Source: Candidatus Poribacteria bacterium
GTDB lineage: Bacteria > Poribacteria > WGA-4E > WGA-3G
Length of the DNA: 64,000 nucleotides
NCBI GenBank assembly: GCA_965221425.1
Contig: OZ244889.1
Location: 251,012-315,011 of the forward strand
Reading direction: 5' to 3'
Part shown: positions 51,198-61,196 of the stretch, one piece after another
Position numbering within the stretch: the stretch's first letter is position 1
Layout of the letters: each line of letters starts with the position of its first letter
Position numbers and translations under genes: made by a program
The notes under the pieces: model-generated
What the model was told of the DNA's origin: nothing
The model's input: only the letters and a program-made list of their open reading frames with translations
Database searches by the model: none

Positions 51198-52922
51198 ATG
51201 AACAAACTCTACTTCGGCGACAACCTACAAATCCTACGCGAAATGGATGACGAACGCGTCCACCTAATCTGCACCGACCCACCTTTCAACAGCGGACGCG
51301 ACTACAACGCCTTTATCGGTGATTCCCTTGCACAAAAGAAAGCATTTACTGACACGTGGACATGGGACACCGCCGCACAAGACGCACGTGCCGACATTGA
51401 ATCGCGTGCCATTTCCAGCGACACATACAAAGCATTGGATACCTGCCTTAAGGGATACGACATGGTGCTGCAGAACACTGTATCTGGCAGTCAAGGTGGG
51501 ATGCGTGCATACCTTGCTTTTATGGGGCCCCGCCTTGTCGAAATGCACCGTATACTCACGAAAAAAGGTAGTGTCTATCTGCACTGCGATCCGACAGCAA
51601 GCCATTACCTAAAAGGCGTTATGGATGCGATCTTTGGCGTAGATAATTTCAGGAATGAGGTTATCTGGCAACGCACTAATGCACATAACGATGGCAAGCA
51701 ATACGGCAGGGTTCACGACACAATATTATTCTATAGCAAAAGTAGCAAAGTCGTATGGAATCCTGTCTATACAGAACACGATCCTGAGTACGTAAAGCAG
51801 CAGTATCGGCATGAAGATGAAAGAGGTCTTTACCGAATCGTCACCTTGAATGCACCAGGGATTACACAAGAAGGGGACTCTGGCAAGCCGTGGCGCGGTG
51901 TCAACCCAAGTGACGTAGGCAGGCACTGGAGTGCCCCACGCAGAGAGGCGTGGCCAGAAGGGGTTGTACCTCCTGAAAATTATGAATCTCTCTCGGTTCA
52001 CGAAAAATTAGAAGTATTAGATGCAAATGGATTAATTTATTGGCCGCCGAGAGGTAAGGTCCCAGGGTTCAAGCGGTACTTATCTACATCAAAAGGAGCC
52101 AGAGTCCACGATGTTATCACAGATATAAATCCACTTGCGAGCGCTGCTAAGGAACGCCTCGGTTATCCCACACAAAAACCACTTGCCCTCTATGAACGCA
52201 TGATAAAAGCCTCCAGCAACGAAGGCGAAATCGTGATGGATCCGTTCTGTGGATGTGGCACAACGATTGACGCCGCACACACTCTCAACCGATATTGGAT
52301 CGGTATTGACATAACAATCCTCGCATTGGACCCGATGCGCGAACGGTTGGCAGACCGACACGGATTAGAGCCTTCTGTTGACTATCAAATTGAAGGGTAT
52401 CCCACAAACATGCAGGAAGTCCGAAAGTTGTTAAAAGAAGGGGACAAACGCAAATATCACGATTTCTCGAATTGGGCAGTAACACGGCTTGGATTGAAAC
52501 CGACAAAAGACGCGGGCGATGGTGGTCTTGATGGTGTCGGGCATCTAACGTTATGGGACCCGCAACAGATGAAAGAGTCAGATTCACGTATTCTCGCCGA
52601 AGTCAAAGCTGGCAAACCTACGATAACGCAAGTACGTGCGTTCTGTCATGTCATGGATCAACACAAAGCAGAAGTCGGCATTTTTATCACTATTGAACCT
52701 GTCACTGCGAAAATGCGGCAAGAGGCACAGAATATGGGCACTTTTGAGCATAACAACAAAACCTACCCCCGCCTTCAGTTCTGGCAAATAGACGATGCGT
52801 ATTTTGAGAACCCGGATATAATCAACACTCTTGTCCGATTACCAGATGCATGGCGTATCCGTCCAACCCAAAAGTCAGAACGCCACTTTGACACCCAGCA
52901 GCTGCAATTACTACGTGGATAA
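51198..52922 (+). CDS. Beta-class N6/N4 DNA methyltransferase fused to C-terminal Mrr-like PD-(D/E)xK nuclease domain
   Basis: DPPF, YPTQKP, DPFCGCGTT; C-terminal DGGLDG...EVKAG. Confidence 0.88.
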   Translation: MNKLYFGDNLQILREMDDERVHLICTDPPFNSGRDYNAFIGDSLAQKKAFTDTWTWDTAAQDARADIESRAISSDTYKALDTCLKGYDMVLQNTVSGSQGGMRAYLAFMGPRLVEMHRILTKKGSVYLHCDPTASHYLKGVMDAIFGVDNFRNEVIWQRTNAHNDGKQYGRVHDTILFYSKSSKVVWNPVYTEHDPEYVKQQYRHEDERGLYRIVTLNAPGITQEGDSGKPWRGVNPSDVGRHWSAPRREAWPEGVVPPENYESLSVHEKLEVLDANGLIYWPPRGKVPGFKRYLSTSKGARVHDVITDINPLASAAKERLGYPTQKPLALYERMIKASSNEGEIVMDPFCGCGTTIDAAHTLNRYWIGIDITILALDPMRERLADRHGLEPSVDYQIEGYPTNMQEVRKLLKEGDKRKYHDFSNWAVTRLGLKPTKDAGDGGLDGVGHLTLWDPQQMKESDSRILAEVKAGKPTITQVRAFCHVMDQHKAEVGIFITIEPVTAKMRQEAQNMGTFEHNNKTYPRLQFWQIDDAYFENPDIINTLVRLPDAWRIRPTQKSERHFDTQQLQLLRG

Positions 52923-52956
52923 TCTTATAGTCAGGACGGACGCATTCTTCCCTTGA

Positions 52957-53118
52957 ATGAAGATTAAGAAAATATTTTGGTAATTGGCAAGGTTAGGAAA
53001 CCTTGCCAGCAGCAGGTGTACATCTCTGCTGGTGAGGCGGGGAATGCCATACGCGCATTCATACCGTTGATTTCTTCCTAACCTCGCCAAATTACCCAAT
53101 TAATAACTTAAACTTCAT
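52957..53118. mobile_element. Family D element with reverse-oriented 36-bp E unit (53039-53074)
   Basis: ATGAAGATTAA/TTAAACTTCAT TIR. Confidence 0.75.
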
Positions 53119-53142
53119 TAGGAGCGGTATGTGATCCAGCAC

Positions 53143-53214
53143 ACATAGCACTCCGCTGGAGTGCGAGAACTTGACAATCTGGCATTCTATAAACATAGCA
53201 CTCCGCTGGAGTGC
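53143..53214 (+). repeat. Direct repeat pair of REP-like hairpin ACATAGCACTCCGCTGGAGTGC
   Basis: Two identical 22-bp copies; same architecture as the ACATATCGTCCCTACGGGAC repeats. Confidence 0.7.
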
Positions 53215-53326
53215 TGCAATATATTTGGGATCAAAATTTGGATAGCCCTAATATATCGTGTTGGATTTCTTTAAATCATTGAGCCAAATTCACTTTATTG
53301 AAGTATTCTCAAACTCACGTTAAAGA

Positions 53327-53487
53327 AGCATGCGCCTGTGGCATGCTCCATGATTCATACCGTTGATTTCTTCCTAACCTTGCCACATTACCGATACATG
53401 ACAATGGCGAGGTTAGGAAACCTCGCCAGCAAGAGCGTGTCGGAATTGTTGTTCATTGAAATGTGAGCATATTTTAGGATTGGACTA
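53327..53487. mobile_element. Partial E unit, REP hairpins and A-type right end
   Basis: Right end is the reverse complement of the 29954 end and similar to 20130-20181. Confidence 0.6.
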
Positions 53488-53509
53488 TAATTTCTAACTG
53501 ATTTTATTA

Positions 53510-53538
53510 TTGACAATAATTTTAAAATTTGTTACACT
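53510..53538 (+). promoter_or_regulatory. Sigma70 promoter for the giant-protein operon
   Basis: TTGACA-17 bp-TACACT, 35 bp upstream of the ATG. Confidence 0.7.
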
Positions 53539-53573
53539 AAAAACAAGCGAAACAAAAGAAATCGGGGAATTAT

Positions 53574-56500
53574 ATGAAAATTCGAAATTATATTATAGTC
53601 TATTTATTAGTTTTTCTGGGCTGCGTCTCATTCGGTTATGCAGCAGAAGGTGGTAAAAAATTAGGGTTGTCGGAGGCTGCAATCCAAATTCGCGATGAGA
53701 TATCTATTCGCAACATTCGGAAAGATATCGCACGTTTATCAAGTCTGGAAAGCCGCGTGACTGGCTATCCGCAAGCAGCAAACGGCAGTAAATATATTTT
53801 TGACCGTTTTGTTGATATGGGGTTAAAGAATGTTGAAAGTCGTGAATTTACTGTCACAGTCCCCGTTGATCACGGTAATAGTGCTATTGATATCCTATCC
53901 GGTGATGGCACGGTGCTACACACATTCTCACTCAAACCGTTGTGGCCGAACCTTGTCCGAACATCCCTGCTTACCGATGGCGTTAAACATACCGTTGAAG
54001 CTGGCGAAACCCTTGAAGAAATTGCAGAAAACTATGCGGTTTCCCTAACAGCCATTGCTGAAAATCCACACAACCAATATTTACCCACGCCTCTTGTGGA
54101 GGGGAACACGGTTTTCGTTCCAACTGGCGGTCTTACCGGTCCCCTATTTTACGGAGACGATGCCCAGCTTGCAGATTTCAACGGAAGTAAAGTCGGCGGC
54201 TTTTGGTACAGACTCCAAGAAGGTGATACACTGGCTTCACTGGCAAGACGTTATCGCGTTACAAAAGCGAGTATAACCGATGATGTGCTCAACGGGCATC
54301 TGCAGAAAGCCTCCGATGGCATTGATAACAATGAAGATGGCGTTATTGATGAATACGGTGAAATTCCGCTTTTATCGGAAATTCTCGGATGGGCAACAGA
54401 TGGCATTGACAATAATGCTGATGGTTGGACAGACGAAATTCCTGGTGATGCCTCCGATGGCATTGATAACAACAAAGACGGGCAGATTGACGAAACCGGT
54501 GAATTCATCGCAGCAAGCGAAGCTGATATTTTTATCCCGAAAGGCGCAATCGTTCTTACAGAATTTAACTCTGGCACCCGATGGATTAACGCTGCGATGC
54601 TTGGTGCATCTGCAGTTGTTTTTATAGAACCGGAAACAACAATTCGCGGTGAAGCAGAAAACAAATTCCTCACTGTGCCAGCAAACATCCCCCGATTTTG
54701 GATTTCTCATACAGATGCTGCCCAATTAAAAGGATTCCTTGATACAGGTGAAGAGGTCAATGTTCGCTTGCGCGGTAAAATGACTTGGGAACGGCGCGTT
54801 GGTCAAAATATTCGTGGCTTCTTAGAAGGCGGTGATCCTGTCCTACGCGATGAATTGGTCGTTGTCACCGCATACTACGATTCTATGTCTGTTGTTCCAG
54901 CAATCGCTCCCGGTGCTGACCCAACCTGTGGGATTGCTGTTCTCATGGAACTTGCACGTTTGTTCGGACAACCAGAATACCGTCCCGGTCGTTCTGTTCT
55001 ATTTGTTGCCGTTGATGCACATTTCCAAGGCTTAGCTGGGATGCGTGCGTTTATGGAAGGTATTGGACAAGATATTGTTGGCTCAGCAACCGATTCCCCA
55101 GGGACACCCACTTTGCACGGATTGAGGCGTGGATTATCTAATGATATTATCGAATTTGAGGAATTAGGACGCAAACTGTTGCTCTCCATTGATCGCAGTA
55201 TTTTGGTGGACTTAGATGCAGATTTCTACCACGGCGTTCACGGTGTAAAGGAAGACCTTAAATCACTTGCAACAACGTTGACGGGGCTTTCTACAACACG
55301 TTCTCAAATTGATTGGTTACACAGAGCACAACGCGATTTCTCAGAACGCCAGAAAAAACAGGCGGATCGCAACCGCAAACGCGAGAAACAGGGATTCACA
55401 GAGGAAGAAAAATCGAGACTAAATGCTAACCTTGTCCGCTTTGAAAAAGAAGCACTGCAAACTACGCATTTTCTCCGCCAGATCGTTGAACGACTTGCAC
55501 AGATTCAGAAATCCGCCCTGAAAACGAGTAAGGATTCCCAGCAAGAACTCATTGAAACCATTGCTCTGCCCATTGCACGGTTGGACACATGGGCAGTGGA
55601 TAGACTGATGCGAGATCTTGACTCAGGTGAGATAGCTGATCAATACGGCACGCATCCGAATGCATCATATCTGTTCCCTGTCAAGAACGGCTCCGATTAT
55701 GAAGTGCCAACGCCTGATGATCTGCCGCCAGAATTGTCCGCTGACATTGAACAGTTGAACAAGACCCTTGCCAATTGGGAGATGAGCGACTCACGGAAGT
55801 TTGCTTTAATGTGGACACCTGATAAGGTCCTTGATCGTCATTTAGATCTGCCGACTCTCAGAAAAGCGCGCGCTGCGCGAAAGACCCTCGCAAATACTAC
55901 TGAGTCCAAGGAAGATGCAATATCACGAGAGCGGGGACTTTTAGAAAAAATAAAGGAAAATCTCAAGGACACTGCTTCCATTGAAAGTCAAATTAAAGAT
56001 GCCATTACAAAATTGAGCAGTGATCGTGAGCATGATCTTCCACATGAAGTATTAACGCAATATCTAACTGAAGAATCACAAGAACGGATAAACAGAATTG
56101 ATGATCAACTCCGGCAACGTTTGACTGAAGCAGTCTCAGCGTCTGTCGCAGGCGAAGGCGGAGACGGTTCGTCCGCATCTATCCTAATTGAAGATTTGAC
56201 ACGCGATAAACAAGGTATATTTGAAATTGCGCTGCGGAATGCCCGTTTAGAACAGGCACGCATCCAGTATCTTCTTGATTTCCATGAAACCCTCACCCGT
56301 GAGTTTCTTGATGAAGAGCTATTGATTCTGAACAGTTATCTATCAGATGATGAAGTTGAACAGGTAAAAGAGGCACGCAAACATGTTGCAGCGTATCTGG
56401 TTGAGTCTGAAATCTTGCAGTCGGTCAAACAGAACGCAGCTTCGGATGTGATCGCCCTTGAAAATCTAATCAAGCAGCTCCCATCATTAACAAGGGATAT

Positions 56501-59500
56501 AGACGCACAAACAAAGGTGCTTCTCCGTGATAACATGCTCACCTTGAGGAATGCGCGATTCCGAAACATTCAAAGCAGGGTTGAGAAGATGTCACGCATA
56601 AGCGAAATAGAATATAATCGCAAGCTCACACAGATTGAAGCTGCAGTCGCGCTACAAGACCTTTTCAATCGGTATTATACATCGCTTTTCTGTAGCATAG
56701 ACCTTTCCTCTCAATCGAATCAATTCGGTGTATTTAACAAAGGTTGGTTTTATGACCAACAACCGGAATTTGTGTTACGGCGTGAGTTCGCGAGTATCGG
56801 CAATAAACTTGCATCCTATGCTGCGGATGCCGATTTTGGAGTCCGCGTGAGAAAGTTGTGGCGGGCAACGGACGATCAAATTCGCCAAGCAGTGATGGCA
56901 CGTCAGTGGTCAGTAGCAAGCCAAATCTCCGATAAAGCTGACCTTGAAGGGAAAACGCTTGAAACACTTCTCAGCGCACATTATGGGAAGCTCACAGGTT
57001 TAGGTGGGGTGAGTCGACTCATGAGGATGCAGTTTGAACAGTGGCGAAACCGAGGTGAACCGTCTGAGGATATGCTCAAAGATATGGACTATATCCGCAA
57101 GGAAGTTGAGCGGTTTATCCGAAACGATGTGCGTAACGCAAAGAAAAACCGAAAAAACAGCATCCGCATGCGCGAACAGTTAGACGCCATGCTCAGACTC
57201 CGACACGAAAACCCCGATACATTCACAGAAGATGAGATAGAGGATATCAAAACATTAATTTCAATTGTCGGACTGGGCGGCGGTTCCAACTTTGTCAATG
57301 CCATCTCTGCAAGTGGTGGAAAAACATGGAAAACCTACATTCCGGGGAAAATCGCCTTTGACAGTGAAGTGGCAACGCTTGTAGGCAAAACAGGTATCGC
57401 CTTTGCAACGATTGAAGATGCGCGCGTCCTTACCGACACACCACTTGACACGATTGATCGTGTTGACCTGCGTGAAGATGGCAATCTACATCAACAAGCA
57501 AAAACATTAGCATCTCTACTGATACAGGCACTACGGGACCCACAGATGCCTACTGCAGCACGCGTTGGGAACTTCTACTGTAACCTTTTCGGTGATGTGG
57601 TTGAATTTGATGCGCGCGAATCTGCGTTACCCAATAAACCCGTGCCATACCCGATTGTAACGCTTCGTCGTAGACATAAAACCATGATGGGGGTCCGCGG
57701 TGATCTGTTTGCCATGGGAGATAATAAAGGCAATTTTGAAGTTGCAGGCTTGGCAATGGAAGGCAGGGCAACGCGCAGGCTTGGTGGTGCACAGGAAGTT
57801 GAGGCATACATCCTTGACCCCGATTCTGGGGATATTGTCTACGCTCCCGATTTGGGAAATTACGGTGCTAAATTGCTACCGAATAAAGTGCCGATTAACA
57901 CACGGCGACGCGGATGCCGAGTTGTTACCTTCCCGTGTGTATCCACAACTATCTATGACTTGGTTGACCAACGCTATCTCCGCACCTTACGCGAATTAGA
58001 GGTATATGATGCGCTGTCCGATAGCCCACCTGAAAAATTCGGTGTGTCTAAACCGTGGCAACAGGAGGGTGTTTCTGCCGCTGAACCTATCGCACTTGTC
58101 TATAGCGAACCGCAAAGCCGTATAAAAATCGGAATGGCGTACGGGCAAATCGGTAAACGTCTACTCCTGATTAAAGCGACCAAAAGTGGTATGAAAAACC
58201 CAACGCTTTACACTGGCGAAGGGTTTGTTGTGCGAGAAAACGGCAGTATCCGTCTTACGCCTTATGTGGTTGTGCGCGATATGTGGTGGCTTGATGAAAA
58301 CCGATCTCGCCTTTACAAACGGTTCGGTATTTCAAGTGATCGACTCGACAAACTACACCAATTTGCAAATGAATATCTCTCACGAGCAGAAACGGCGCTT
58401 TTCCAAAACGATTATCAACAAGCACTCAAGTTGGCGCGCGCTGCATGGGGATACGAATCACGCGCATATCCAGATGTTAAAAGAACAGGCAACGATGTCG
58501 TTAACGGTATTATGTTCTATCTTGCGCTTCTGATGCCGTTTGCTTACTTTATGGAACGACTCATCTTCGGTTTCCCGAACATTCACAAACAGATTTTAGC
58601 CACTTTCGGTATTTTCCTCCTCGTCTTTTACTTCTTAAGTCAAGTGCATCCAGCGTTCCAAATAACAACAACACCTATAATAATTTTAATAGCCTTCGTT
58701 GTGCTTGCGTTGACGGTGCTTGTCATCAGTATTATTGTTAGGAAATTTGAGGAACAACTTGAAAAGATTCGTCAACAAGGCAATAAGGTGTATAAGGCGG
58801 ATGTCGGTAGGTTAAGCGCAAGTGCTGCAGCATTTAGTCTCGGTATCTCCAATATGCGGAAACGGAAAGGACGGACCATTCTGACCTGCGCAACACTTGT
58901 TATCCTTACGTTCACTGTTATTTCGTTTACATCGGTGCGGACATTTATGCGTCCGAATCGAACCAGTTTGCCACAGGTTACACCGCGTTATACTGGCTTG
59001 CTCATCCGAGACCAGTATTGGCGCCCGCTTGAAGAACCTGTCCTTAACTCAATTCTGAACGACATGCAGAAGACGCAAGTTACTGTAGACGATTTAGAAC
59101 GACTTCTGGAACAGAAAAACCTACTCCTGGCTAAGCGAGGCCAAACACCGCTGGATATACCTGCAGCAATAGCAGGATTACAGGAAAATGGGTTTATCAC
59201 AAACATTGATGAGGAACCAGTTCTTGCCGTTCGAAATGTTGTTGCCCCACGCGCATGGTATCAGTCTTCAGGAACAGGCGACCAATCTTTTGTTCAATTG
59301 ACGCGAAGTCCAAACCCGCAAGACCCAGTACCGCCGACACATCCACTCACAGGTGAAGCGTTGCGTTTCGCCGCAAACATGCTTGTCGGCATGAGTGAGA
59401 CAGAGCCTGCAGTCACCGGTATTGATCGCTACCTCCAATACGGAAAATGGTTTAACCGTGCTGATGCCGACAGTTGGCCAACCGAGTGGCCTTACGCTAT

Positions 59501-60860
59501 CATTCTGCCGAAAGGGATGGCAGATCTCCTGAAACTAACCGAAAGTGATATGGGGAAAGCCACAATCTCTGTATACGGTGCTGATTTCACCGTCGTCGGT
59601 GTTTTGGGAATAGGATTCAAGGATTTGACCGATAACGATGGCGAAGAAATGACACCTGTTGACTATCAATTAATGCAACAGCAACAAAGTCGCGGTGGCA
59701 CAGGCGATGAAACGCTTGAAGGGGAATTACAAAAATATCTCCATCTCACGCCAGATAGCATTGCCGTTTTACCTTATGAAGTTGTGATGAACCAAGGTGG
59801 AACGCTGAGAAGCGTTGCAGTCAACATGGAACCTCAAGAAGACGATCCGAAACTATTAGGCGCAATTGATAAACTTGATCTCATCATGGCGCCACTGATG
59901 AACCGCATTGCGCTTGACTTCTTTGTTGGTCGTGACAAAGATACCTACCTTTATAGCAGTATCGGTATGACAAGTTTTAGCGGGATGGGTAACCTGTTCG
60001 TGCCAATCCTGATTGCTGCGTTGATTGTTTTGAATACGATGCTCGGTGCGGTTTATGAACGTGTGCGTGAAATCAGTATCTACAGTTCCGTAGGACTTGC
60101 TCCTATTCATATCGCTTTCCTCTTCCTTGCCGAAGCGTGCGTATATGCGATTGTTGGGGCTGTTTTGGGTTATCTGATGGGACAAGTGATCGCAACAACG
60201 TTGGTGCATTTCGGTTGGCTTGCTGGCTTAACGCTCAACTATTCTTCAATGTCTACAGTTGTAGCAACGGTTGTTGTGATGATTGTAGTGCTGCTTAGCA
60301 CGCTGTACCCTGCTATTAAAGCCTCGCGCATGGCAGTGCCAGATATTGAACGGAAATGGAAATTGCCTGAACCTGAAGGCGATGTGTGGCATTTCAATCT
60401 GCCTTTTACCGTTTTAGCAGAAGAAGCACTCGGTTTGAACGTCTTTATGCGCGATTATTTTGATGCACATGCTGATGAGTCTGCCAGCGATTTCTACACG
60501 GATAATGTTACTTTCAGCACAAAACCCGAAGAGGATTCTTACGAGATCGGGATGATGGTCTGGTTAGCACCTTACGATTTGGGCGTAAGTCAATCTATCC
60601 AGTTTATCACCTCGCCCGTTGGCGGAGAAGAGGAAGACTTATACAAAATCACGTTAGATGTGAACCGCGAAAGTGGTGAGATCGCTTCTTGGAAACGGGT
60701 TAATCGTCGTTTTCTCAATCTGTTGCGAAAGCAGCTGCTGATATGGCGAACCTTCAGCGTTGATGTTCGCTCAGAATTCCATGAACGTGGCAGAACCGAA
60801 AGCACGGATACGGAGGAAGGCGCTGCACGATTAGATCCCGTCGTAGCACCAGCTGATTAA
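53574..60860 (+). CDS. 2428-aa membrane protein: signal peptide, 2 LysM-like repeats, DGIDNNxDG repeats, degenerate M28 peptidase, helical insert, FtsX/MacB-like permease C-terminus
   Basis: HTVEAGETLEEIA and YRLQEGDTLASLARRY; AYYDS/GADP/ELAR; NMRKRKGRT and ERVREISIYSSVGLAP...FLAEA FtsX motifs. Confidence 0.8.
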   Translation: MKIRNYIIVYLLVFLGCVSFGYAAEGGKKLGLSEAAIQIRDEISIRNIRKDIARLSSLESRVTGYPQAANGSKYIFDRFVDMGLKNVESREFTVTVPVDHGNSAIDILSGDGTVLHTFSLKPLWPNLVRTSLLTDGVKHTVEAGETLEEIAENYAVSLTAIAENPHNQYLPTPLVEGNTVFVPTGGLTGPLFYGDDAQLADFNGSKVGGFWYRLQEGDTLASLARRYRVTKASITDDVLNGHLQKASDGIDNNEDGVIDEYGEIPLLSEILGWATDGIDNNADGWTDEIPGDASDGIDNNKDGQIDETGEFIAASEADIFIPKGAIVLTEFNSGTRWINAAMLGASAVVFIEPETTIRGEAENKFLTVPANIPRFWISHTDAAQLKGFLDTGEEVNVRLRGKMTWERRVGQNIRGFLEGGDPVLRDELVVVTAYYDSMSVVPAIAPGADPTCGIAVLMELARLFGQPEYRPGRSVLFVAVDAHFQGLAGMRAFMEGIGQDIVGSATDSPGTPTLHGLRRGLSNDIIEFEELGRKLLLSIDRSILVDLDADFYHGVHGVKEDLKSLATTLTGLSTTRSQIDWLHRAQRDFSERQKKQADRNRKREKQGFTEEEKSRLNANLVRFEKEALQTTHFLRQIVERLAQIQKSALKTSKDSQQELIETIALPIARLDTWAVDRLMRDLDSGEIADQYGTHPNASYLFPVKNGSDYEVPTPDDLPPELSADIEQLNKTLANWEMSDSRKFALMWTPDKVLDRHLDLPTLRKARAARKTLANTTESKEDAISRERGLLEKIKENLKDTASIESQIKDAITKLSSDREHDLPHEVLTQYLTEESQERINRIDDQLRQRLTEAVSASVAGEGGDGSSASILIEDLTRDKQGIFEIALRNARLEQARIQYLLDFHETLTREFLDEELLILNSYLSDDEVEQVKEARKHVAAYLVESEILQSVKQNAASDVIALENLIKQLPSLTRDIDAQTKVLLRDNMLTLRNARFRNIQSRVEKMSRISEIEYNRKLTQIEAAVALQDLFNRYYTSLFCSIDLSSQSNQFGVFNKGWFYDQQPEFVLRREFASIGNKLASYAADADFGVRVRKLWRATDDQIRQAVMARQWSVASQISDKADLEGKTLETLLSAHYGKLTGLGGVSRLMRMQFEQWRNRGEPSEDMLKDMDYIRKEVERFIRNDVRNAKKNRKNSIRMREQLDAMLRLRHENPDTFTEDEIEDIKTLISIVGLGGGSNFVNAISASGGKTWKTYIPGKIAFDSEVATLVGKTGIAFATIEDARVLTDTPLDTIDRVDLREDGNLHQQAKTLASLLIQALRDPQMPTAARVGNFYCNLFGDVVEFDARESALPNKPVPYPIVTLRRRHKTMMGVRGDLFAMGDNKGNFEVAGLAMEGRATRRLGGAQEVEAYILDPDSGDIVYAPDLGNYGAKLLPNKVPINTRRRGCRVVTFPCVSTTIYDLVDQRYLRTLRELEVYDALSDSPPEKFGVSKPWQQEGVSAAEPIALVYSEPQSRIKIGMAYGQIGKRLLLIKATKSGMKNPTLYTGEGFVVRENGSIRLTPYVVVRDMWWLDENRSRLYKRFGISSDRLDKLHQFANEYLSRAETALFQNDYQQALKLARAAWGYESRAYPDVKRTGNDVVNGIMFYLALLMPFAYFMERLIFGFPNIHKQILATFGIFLLVFYFLSQVHPAFQITTTPIIILIAFVVLALTVLVISIIVRKFEEQLEKIRQQGNKVYKADVGRLSASAAAFSLGISNMRKRKGRTILTCATLVILTFTVISFTSVRTFMRPNRTSLPQVTPRYTGLLIRDQYWRPLEEPVLNSILNDMQKTQVTVDDLERLLEQKNLLLAKRGQTPLDIPAAIAGLQENGFITNIDEEPVLAVRNVVAPRAWYQSSGTGDQSFVQLTRSPNPQDPVPPTHPLTGEALRFAANMLVGMSETEPAVTGIDRYLQYGKWFNRADADSWPTEWPYAIILPKGMADLLKLTESDMGKATISVYGADFTVVGVLGIGFKDLTDNDGEEMTPVDYQLMQQQQSRGGTGDETLEGELQKYLHLTPDSIAVLPYEVVMNQGGTLRSVAVNMEPQEDDPKLLGAIDKLDLIMAPLMNRIALDFFVGRDKDTYLYSSIGMTSFSGMGNLFVPILIAALIVLNTMLGAVYERVREISIYSSVGLAPIHIAFLFLAEACVYAIVGAVLGYLMGQVIATTLVHFGWLAGLTLNYSSMSTVVATVVVMIVVLLSTLYPAIKASRMAVPDIERKWKLPEPEGDVWHFNLPFTVLAEEALGLNVFMRDYFDAHADESASDFYTDNVTFSTKPEEDSYEIGMMVWLAPYDLGVSQSIQFITSPVGGEEEDLYKITLDVNRESGEIASWKRVNRRFLNLLRKQLLIWRTFSVDVRSEFHERGRTESTDTEEGAARLDPVVAPAD

Positions 60861-60887
60861 GTTAATGGAATCTAACTAAACAAGGAA

Positions 60888-61085
60888 TTGTATATGGAAA
60901 AATTAGCAAGTGTTATCATCATCATTGGGACTGTCTTCTGGTTCATCAGCGTTCTGTTCTTAGGAGGGCGTTGGCAGTGGCAGATGTTGGCAGCACTTAT
61001 ATTAACTATCGGCATTTTCATCGCGCATTTTTGGGAAGAGCTCAGCGAAGGAAAGAACAAAAATACACCGAAAGATGATAATTGA
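60888..61085 (+). CDS. Small 2-TM membrane protein
   Basis: Two hydrophobic helices; AAGGA RBS; within the operon. Confidence 0.65.
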   Translation: MYMEKLASVIIIIGTVFWFISVLFLGGRWQWQMLAALILTIGIFIAHFWEELSEGKNKNTPKDDN

Positions 61086-61196
61086 ATAGTATTCGGTTCT
61101 TAGTATCTGTGGCATGCACATTAATTTGCCACAGCAAAGTTATTTACTGATTGCTGACAACTGAAAACCGAATGTTAACATAAAGGAGAACATTAA

